Assembly: GCA_051294375.1 (NCBI GenBank)
Contig: CM119268.1
Span: 16,583,181-16,647,180 of the forward strand
DNA: 64,000 nucleotides
Reading direction: 5' to 3'
Origin: Paraspadella gotoi
Lineage: Eukaryota; Animalia; Chaetognatha
Numbering within the stretch: position 1 is the stretch's first letter; every line of letters starts with the position of its first letter. The notes beneath the pieces were generated by a model. It saw nothing but the letters and a program-made list of their open reading frames with translations. It made no database searches and was not told where the DNA came from. The translations under genes and the position numbers were made by a program. Shown piece by piece: positions 56,711-64,000 of the stretch.

Positions 56711-59619
56711 CTACTTGCACATACATTTCTCCACGTACGACCAGGTTTGGCCTGTGATGCACTTCCGACCGCACTGACCGCACCTATCCAGCCGGGTCAC
56801 CTCGTACATACTGTACTTGCCATAGTATTTCTTGACCATGGCTCCAAACCGCGCTGGTTCGGGATAAACAAAGGCCACCAGCCAGTACCAGATGGTTTGT
56901 CCGTCCGGCTCCTCCAGCTTCTCCACTTCGTGCGCCTTCAACAGCCGAAAAACATGACACAGTCTCTGATGCGCGCGCAGGCCCGAGTTGACGCTGTCCA
57001 CCAGCGCCGCCGCGGCGTCCTTGGCCTCCTTCGACGCGGGATCGAGCCGCGTCGGTGTTTTGCAGCCGCAATAAGCGACGGGGATCTTGGCTTGCGCGCA
57101 GGTCCGGTTCTCCGGGACCGGGGTCAACAGCGAAAACGCCCGATCCGACACTCGACTCAGATCCGACCGCCACGGTTCCGCGCTCGTTTGCAGGTGCAGC
57201 AGGTGCCGGAGAGTGGCGTGGATGTCGAAGGGCGTAGTGAGTCGGGACCGCGAGTTGGCGAAGGCGTTTTCGACCAAGTCCGGAAACTGTAGACGAAACC
57301 AATCGGGAAAGACGATGAAGAGCATCGGGTGACGCTGCTCGTAACGTCCGACGCGGGTGACGGTGACGGGACCGAAGCGCGGACCGTGATCGGAGATGAA
57401 GAAAAGGACGGAGCGATCGAGGTCGCCTCGGTCGCGAAGGCGGAGAAGAAGCTCCGCGGTGGGCGTGTCAGCTCGGACGGCGCCACCCTCGTCGTCATGG
57501 GTCCAATATCTGCGCGCGGGTGGTTGCAGAAACGTGAGTGGAAAAAAATATCACACATTGCTTTCTTTATATCTCGAAAAAAAAAGGTCGAGGTGATTCA
57601 CAGGGTCTGCTTTAATGACCTTTAATAAAAACAAAGCAAACGATTTGTATCAATGAGCTTTGGCTAAAAAATCCACGCATGCGACCTCCAAATCAAAATT
57701 TGCAGCAAATTTTACAGCATACAGTGTCATTCCATACTTTCAAACTCGATACCAAAAAAAAAACATTTTCTCCACCCGCTAAACTGACGTGGGAAACGTG
57801 AATGTGAACATGGGATCGTCGTAGTAACGGTGAGTGTCTAGCACGTTCTCCAGCCAACTGTAAAGCGCCTCGCCCGCCTGCATCCCGTTGTGGCAAGAGA
57901 AGAGGTAAGTGTACTTGAGCTTTATGGCGCCGTACCAGTCGTAATCCATCGATTGGAAGTCGAAAGTGGATGCCGGAGCGCCGGGCCCGGTACACCAATC
58001 TTCGCTGCCGAACGTCCAAAACCCGTGGCGCTTCATGTCGTTCCAGACGGCGTCCTGGCGCGAGAAAAAAGGTTCATTGAATTGGTAACCATCATAGAGA
58101 CATTAGATCAAAAATATTCTTTACGAACTGACACGCAAGGAAAAAAAGTTTCGTAAAAAAAAAAAGAAGCTTACCTTGAAATTTCCATAGTCCTTCCCCA
58201 CCATCATGGGGTAAACGTTACCCAAGGAGCAACAAGAAACTTTGGTCTGACCCAAAAATTCAGTCGCGTTAAAATCTTCGAGTAAAACTTTTCGTGTGCG
58301 GGTCAGACTGCGAAGCGAGTTTAGCCGAGAGACGCCGTCCAATCCTAGAGACCGATGGAAAAACAACAATCAACAACAACTTTAAAAAATAAGCAATCAA
58401 TTACAACACCAAATATTAACCAATGCCACAGTTACGACGTCAACGTTCAACTGTCAACAAAACTTTCTAAATTTGGTAAAAGCTCTCACAATTTCTCGTC
58501 TTTTCGATCGCCCTCGGAACGCTGCGTATTCACTCACCAAAGACGACGCTCACCTCGTAACTTTCTCCTTCCCTCGCCTCACCGATCACGTGAATGCTGA
58601 ACGGATCCGTGAGCGGCTTTGACCCGTTCCTCTCTCGCTTCCGCTCTTGAATGGCCTCCCTCTTGACGGCGGCCAGTTGGGGGTCGCGATACTTGAGCCA
58701 GACGATGAAGGTGAGGTTGGACTCTTTCCACACTCCCTGCTTCCACCACCAGCCGGGCGAGAAGGTCCTCTTCCAGCAGACGACGAAGATGAGAGAGGCG
58801 CGGGCGTAGACGCGCTGACCCATCGGCATCTCCGATCCAGTGAAGGGGATGGAGGAGAGGCTCCGATCGACGGGGGCGTAGGTGCAGTTTTTGATGCCGA
58901 TCCTCTTGGCCATCACCTTGAAAATGGCGGGGAGGATGAGAGAGATGGAATAATGTTGTTCTCGCAAATAGTTGCTCATTTACTATTTAATCATTAATTA
59001 TATAGAAATATTTTTTAATCGTCATCCACATCGCCTCTATCATCCTCATTCCTCTACCACAATCCTTCTAACAACCTCGTCGGCCCAAAAGGAAATCCCG
59101 TCGTCGTGGATCAGATGCTCCTTGTCGGCCTTGAGGCATCTGTAGGGCGACTTCCGTCCGCGCGTCTTCATTACATCCGGGTCGAAGGGATTCTCGTCGA
59201 CGATGGAGCAGGTGGAGGTCGAGATGAGATGCTTCTTCTCCTTAACTGGTTCATCCTTGAATATTTCTTCCGTCACGTGAACTTTTTCGGTGAGCGGGTG
59301 GTGAAAAGGGTAATCGAAAATGTCTCGGCGGGGATTTAATTAAACGGATATTTAACGACATAATTTAAAAAAAATAAAATAAAAGAAGGGAAAACCTAAG
59401 AAAAAGGTACGTAGTAAAAATTAAATTTAATCAAAACGAAAATTACTCGGATTCTTTAATAAGAAATAAAGCTTCGCGATCTTCAGCACCTTCCATCCAC
59501 AGACAATTGCTTAAGATGATCATAAGCAAAAGCGCAAAAGTAATAGAAACGTAACTCTTCTTGTTCGTCCTCCAAAAACATCGATTCACGTTTAAAATTT
59601 GTTTTATTCGCTGCTTCAT
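56711..59619 (-). CDS. DUF229 family protein (alkaline phosphatase/sulfatase-like superfamily), type II membrane; alternative first exon at 61141-61348
   Basis: Exons 59490-59619, ~59076-59324, ~58548-58917, ~58174-58346, 57789-58054, 56711-57509. Motifs GLDGVSRLNSLRSL, WTHDD, FFISDHGPRFG, GRYEQRHPMLFIVFPDWF, RLTTPFDIHATL, SLLTPVPENRTCAQAKIPVAYCGC. Confidence 0.88.
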
Positions 59620-59860
59620 TTTAACATTTTGATATTGGTACTATCAATTGTAGCTTTGATTTTTATTGCTCAATTTTAAGGATTGTTTCAGAAATTTGTT
59701 AATTAAATGTTACATGGTTATGGGAAAAGACAAAATGTTGATTTAGAATAATGGATATAATTTCTGAATTACTTAACTTAAAAAAAAATACAGAGAAAAA
59801 TAAAGTTATTTGAAGTTTGTACCCATGAGATAACAAAACAAGTAAAATCCTAAAATTGTA

Positions 59861-60800
59861 ATGGTTTTTGGAATGATTTTGTATATTTTGTATTTCGACC
59901 GCTCGAATCGCAAAGCGAATCTTTTTTTAAAGCTACGATGGCGACGAAGGTTTCGCCACGACGGGGTTGACATTCTAATGACCAAAGTAGAAAATGACAA
60001 AGCTTTATTCGACGAATCTCTCAGAATCGTTAAGGATGTCGCAAGCAAAAAATACATTCAATTCACCAGAATTTAATGTCGAAGTTTCAAAAATTTCCAA
60101 AATGACGGATCTTGAAATAAGCGACAAGGAAGGGACAATCAATTATGTTTTCGCGTTTAGTTCAGAAGAAATTAAGAAAAACTTTCGCGACGTCATTTTC
60201 TCGCAAAAACAAATAAAAACAAAAGCGGAGAAATCGACAACAGCAACGCCTCTCTTAGGAGCCGCACCCGTCCCAGCGGCACTAGCACTCCTAGTAAAGG
60301 CGCCGACTCCCGGTTGGGGACCGCCCAAAACAAGAGGTGTCAACCTCAACGAACTCATTCAAAACACTCGAGGCCTCGGCCAAGAGAGAAAAAAGTAAAC
60401 GTCTCCGCTTCTACTGAGACAGTTCTCTAATTGGACACCTCCACGGTCATCAACACCAACAAATGCAGTGATGATTCTTCCGTGACGGACACAGTCAACA
60501 TGGTCGATGCTGCGGCCTCAACAGTAAATGTTAAAGTTGCTGGAGGACGCCATGACCGCCGCGACAGACGTTCTGAATGCCGCGCGGCTGTCAGCACCAT
60601 CCCTATGCAACGACGCCCACCGTTTAATCGGCGTCGCCATCGCAGCAATTCGCGCGGTCCGACGTGATTGTCCAGAATGTCACCTCCTCCTCCCGGGCTG
60701 GCACCACACCATCGGCCGGCGCATTCTCCTTCTCGGCCGGCACCGCCTCCTCGACCGGCACCGCCTCCTCGGCTAGCATCACCTTCCCGGGTGGCACCTT
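59861..60800 (+). other. Intronless, frameshifted coding-like segment (possible decayed retroelement ORF1 or retrocopy)
   Basis: Successive overlapping ORFs (MTKVENDKALFDESL.., ..EFNVEVSKISKMTDLEISDKEGTINYVFAFSSEEIKKNFRDVI.., Pro/Arg-rich tails) broken by shifts and stops; no recognised domain. Confidence 0.3.
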
Positions 60801-61140
60801 CGTCTCACTGGCCACGGCCAGCACCTCATTTCTCCCTCCAAACAGCTCCGTCATATAAAAAAAAATGGCTCTCTCTCTCTTGTCAGTCTCTTCTCACAAC
60901 CTTTATCATTAACGTCTCTCTCTGTTATGCGTTATTATTAATACATGTTATTATGTACCACTACACTACCATCGGGGTCGCCGGCGATGGACTTCCATAA
61001 TTGGTCGTAAATATGTCACATAACTCGATAACTTTACGCCCTTTTTCTCCTTCTTTTATCCTTTATTTTATCTAAATACGAATACCATTGTATAATTTCA
61101 AAAACTACTTTTTTTCCTCTTTTTCAAATCAGTTGCTTAC

Positions 61141-61348
61141 TGATAATCGGCGGTGGATCCTTGATGTACATGTAGACCAGGAAGAGCGACAGTAAAATGA
61201 CCATAAGACGAAGGAACCAGAGCGACTCGAAGATCAGAAACAGACGAGGAAGTCTGGACCGGCGCAGGTAACGTCGACAGTTGCGCGCCGCAATTCGAAA
61301 GGAAAAGGGTCGAAAGGACTTCTTCATCTTGATCGCGAGCCTAAGCAT
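61141..61348 (-). CDS. Signal-anchor exon, probable (alternative) first coding exon of the DUF229 gene
   Basis: MLRLAIKMKKSF..LWFLRLMVILLSLFLVYMYIKDPPPII, strong phase-1 donor a|gtaagc compatible with the phase-1 acceptor at ~59324. Confidence 0.55.
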
Positions 61349-62385
61349 CTTTTCTACATGACATTTCTTTCAAGAATAATTTTCTGTTCTTTGACGGTTT
61401 CTCAAAGAAGCAACGCAAACAGTAGTCGTTAATTCAGGTTTGGTCTATGACTTTCTAGATTTATTTAAATTTTCCTAGGTCATTAGGGTATTTTTTGGGA
61501 TTAGTCAAATTTTACTAGGACTATGTTTTTATTTCAAATACTCGGATCTTTAGTCGCAACACCAACGGAGGTCCGGATTTCTTTACTATTTATTTTATGA
61601 ATTATACCCATCGAATTCCATAATTGATCTTATCGAGGTTGAAAATTAAAATGGAAATAAGTAACACTAAAAGGAAAAGCGAAATGTACCTTATAAAATA
61701 TATATGCTTACCTAATTTAATCTAACTTATCTAACTTATACTTAGAGATCTATAAAGAATAATGAGTTTCCAAGATTGTATTTTTTTCTTCTTTTCCTTC
61801 TTTTTAATAAACACGATTTTTTTTTATTTCAAAAATTAAACAACATGAATGAATATATTTTTAAAATCAATTCGTTAAGAGATAAAGATCCGGAAGAAAA
61901 CTAAACAATCAAAAAAGAGAAAACGAAATCAAGGAGATCGAATAATAATTATTATAATTAAAACAATGACAATAACCACTCGGAATCGAATCACATTGAT
62001 TTAAAGTCACGCGACTTCTCGTTCGCGTGAAATGCGAGCGCTTTTCTTTTACGCGCCTCATCGTCGTCGTGGTCGTCGTAGACGTCGTCGCTCTCATCGT
62101 CGTCCGTGTCGTCGTTTCCACTTTTTCCGTCGTCTTCTTTATCCTCGTCTTATTTTGGATTTCGTTCGCGCCCCTTTTCGAATCGAACGTCAAAACGAAA
62201 GGGGGTCTGCGATATTCTCTAGTAATGGGCCTATGAATAATGAATCTCTCACTGTAAGGTGATCACTGATCACTGATCACTTACATATTTTAAACTCGGA
62301 TCGCGATTCAATTTCCCTTTTTCTGCTGGTAGTGAAGAAGCGGCTATTTCATGCCGAATCACCGAATATCAACGCGAAGAGATTC

Positions 62386-62455
<70 letters not shown>

Positions 62456-62886
62456 TTAATTTTAAATTTGATTAACGTCGTTATTCTTGGTTTAAATAAA
62501 CCTAAAATTTTTCTCTCTTAAAAGAGGATTAAATCCTCTTGAACGTTTAGCCTTTCGAGATTAAAAATTCCCACGTTTCGAAAGGAATTTCTCTCGCTTT
62601 TGATGTTAAACTTGCAATTTATTGTATCTTAAACAATAGTTATATATATATTATTTTCTTTTAGAAAAAGCTCTTCTTAAAAAAACGCCTTTCAAAAAAA
62701 AAAAAAAATCTGCACTTCCAAAACGGACACGTCGTAAAAATACTTCTCCAGCGCTACTGCGGTCGTAAAATTCTGATTATTCATAATTCTTCAGCGCCTT
62801 AACTAAGACTTTAATACAAAACTAAACAAAAACAAACAAAAAAAGAAAATCGTATCAAGAAACCGCGACCGCCAGCATGAATCGTC

Positions 62887-62904
62887 GGGGGAAATGTAGT
62901 TCCC
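62887..62904 (-). promoter_or_regulatory. ACTACA-nnn-CCC (ZNF143/THAP11-type) promoter motif
   Basis: gggaaatgtagt is the reverse complement of ACTACATTTCCC and lies between divergent gene starts. Confidence 0.45.
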
Positions 62905-63078
62905 GATGACTCAATCTTTCCTTCAATAATCGGAGATTCCAAGAACGAAAAGCGACAATGACCTAGTAATTGTTTTTTTTTTTAAAATCGCCCTTTTCGT
63001 CGTCGTCGTCGTTTTCGTCGTCTTCGTTTTCGTCGTCGTCATTTTCGTCACCGAAGTTGTTATCCTCTGACGACGACT

Positions 63079-63103
63079 ATGGCGAAACAGACGGGATTTC
63101 AAG
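63079..63103 (+). CDS. Probable first coding exon (MAKQTGFQ) of a gene continuing beyond the window
   Basis: ATG GCG start after a CpG-rich leader, followed by an aag|gtgaat donor and AT-rich intron-like sequence. Confidence 0.35.
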
Positions 63104-64000
63104 GTGAATTTTATTAACGTGATATCTTTTAAATATTATTTATTATATGCATATATATGTAACTTCTTGTTATCGTAAATTAGTTTTCTTTTTTAACTAC
63201 CTGTTTAATGTTTACATATTTTTTTTTCGGTCTTATTTGTCTTCGTTCACTTCTCCCTGCCAGTTCTAACTTTTTGAACTCACTTTAACTTTCTTTTCTG
63301 TTCTTGTGAACTCCGGTCTTTCTCTTCTTTTCACTCATTTAACCGACTCTGCGCCGTGGAGACCACATTAACGACCTCACAAAAAGTATTCGGTAAAAAA
63401 AAACGGACGACGACGAAAACAATACAACCACCAATAACGACGAAAAGAAAAAAAAACAACTTATTGCATAAACCATAAAGATAACGATAAATACGACGAC
63501 GATATTGACGACGAAAAAAGGGAGACGATTGACAATTTAAGTTCCCTGACTCTCGAAAAAAAAGAAGTCAAGTTACATGTTCCAATTAAGTTTCGATTGT
63601 CGATTATCATTAATTATGAGTTAAAAGTTTTATTGGTTATTATTTAGGTCCTTCCCAAATGCTAACATCTTTCTTGGAACGCATCTCTAACCTTTGACTT
63701 TTTTCAATTTGCTTTTATTCTTTTTCTTTCGATCTATTATTAGGTCTTCAATTTTTTTTCGGATAGAATTTTTCTTAACTTTTTATAAAACATAACATAT
63801 TTACTTACGTCAATCTGAATTTTCTTAACTTACTCTTACTTTTTATTATTCAGTCATCTTGAAAGTGAGATGATAATTAGACTTGGCCTTTTGTTTTCAG
63901 AGACTCTATTATAGATTTTACGTGAGCACAAAATAGTATCGACGATGACTTGTATATTGATCTTGTTTTGCTTAAAACCATTTTTGAGGTCCATAAAAAC

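Overview
Eukaryotic, intron-dense metazoan (invertebrate-like) genomic DNA: GC/CpG-rich exons, short AT-rich introns, many (GA)n/(TAA)n/(TTTC)n microsatellites and five N gaps. No prokaryotic features, rRNA, tRNA or CRISPR arrays were seen. By splicing exons by hand I recover, left to right: (1) a BTB/POZ + 9x C2H2 zinc-finger gene (+, 5' end not found, two apparent frameshifts just after the BTB); (2) a complete EXTL3/botv-type glycosyltransferase (-); (3) a five-ChtBD2 chitin-binding protein with a GPI-like tail (+); (4) a divergent DEG/ENaC channel subunit with Ser/Thr-rich cassette exons (-); (5) IQCA1/DRC11 (-) with one GC-AG intron; (6) a decayed and (7) an intact tandem DUF229 (alkaline-phosphatase superfamily) gene (-); and a probable first exon of a further + gene. 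The most unexplained features are a ~285-nt densely hairpinned, compositionally foreign element in an intron of the chitin-binding gene, a signal-peptide mini-exon inside an EXTL3 intron that can splice in frame to the C-terminal part of GT64, reciprocal intron differences between the DUF229 paralogs, and an inverted (CT)n-linked 50-bp motif bracketing IQCA1. The first ~9 kb shows signs of assembly artefacts. I cannot demonstrate a wholly new biological system from sequence alone; all family assignments rest on remembered motifs, not on database searches.
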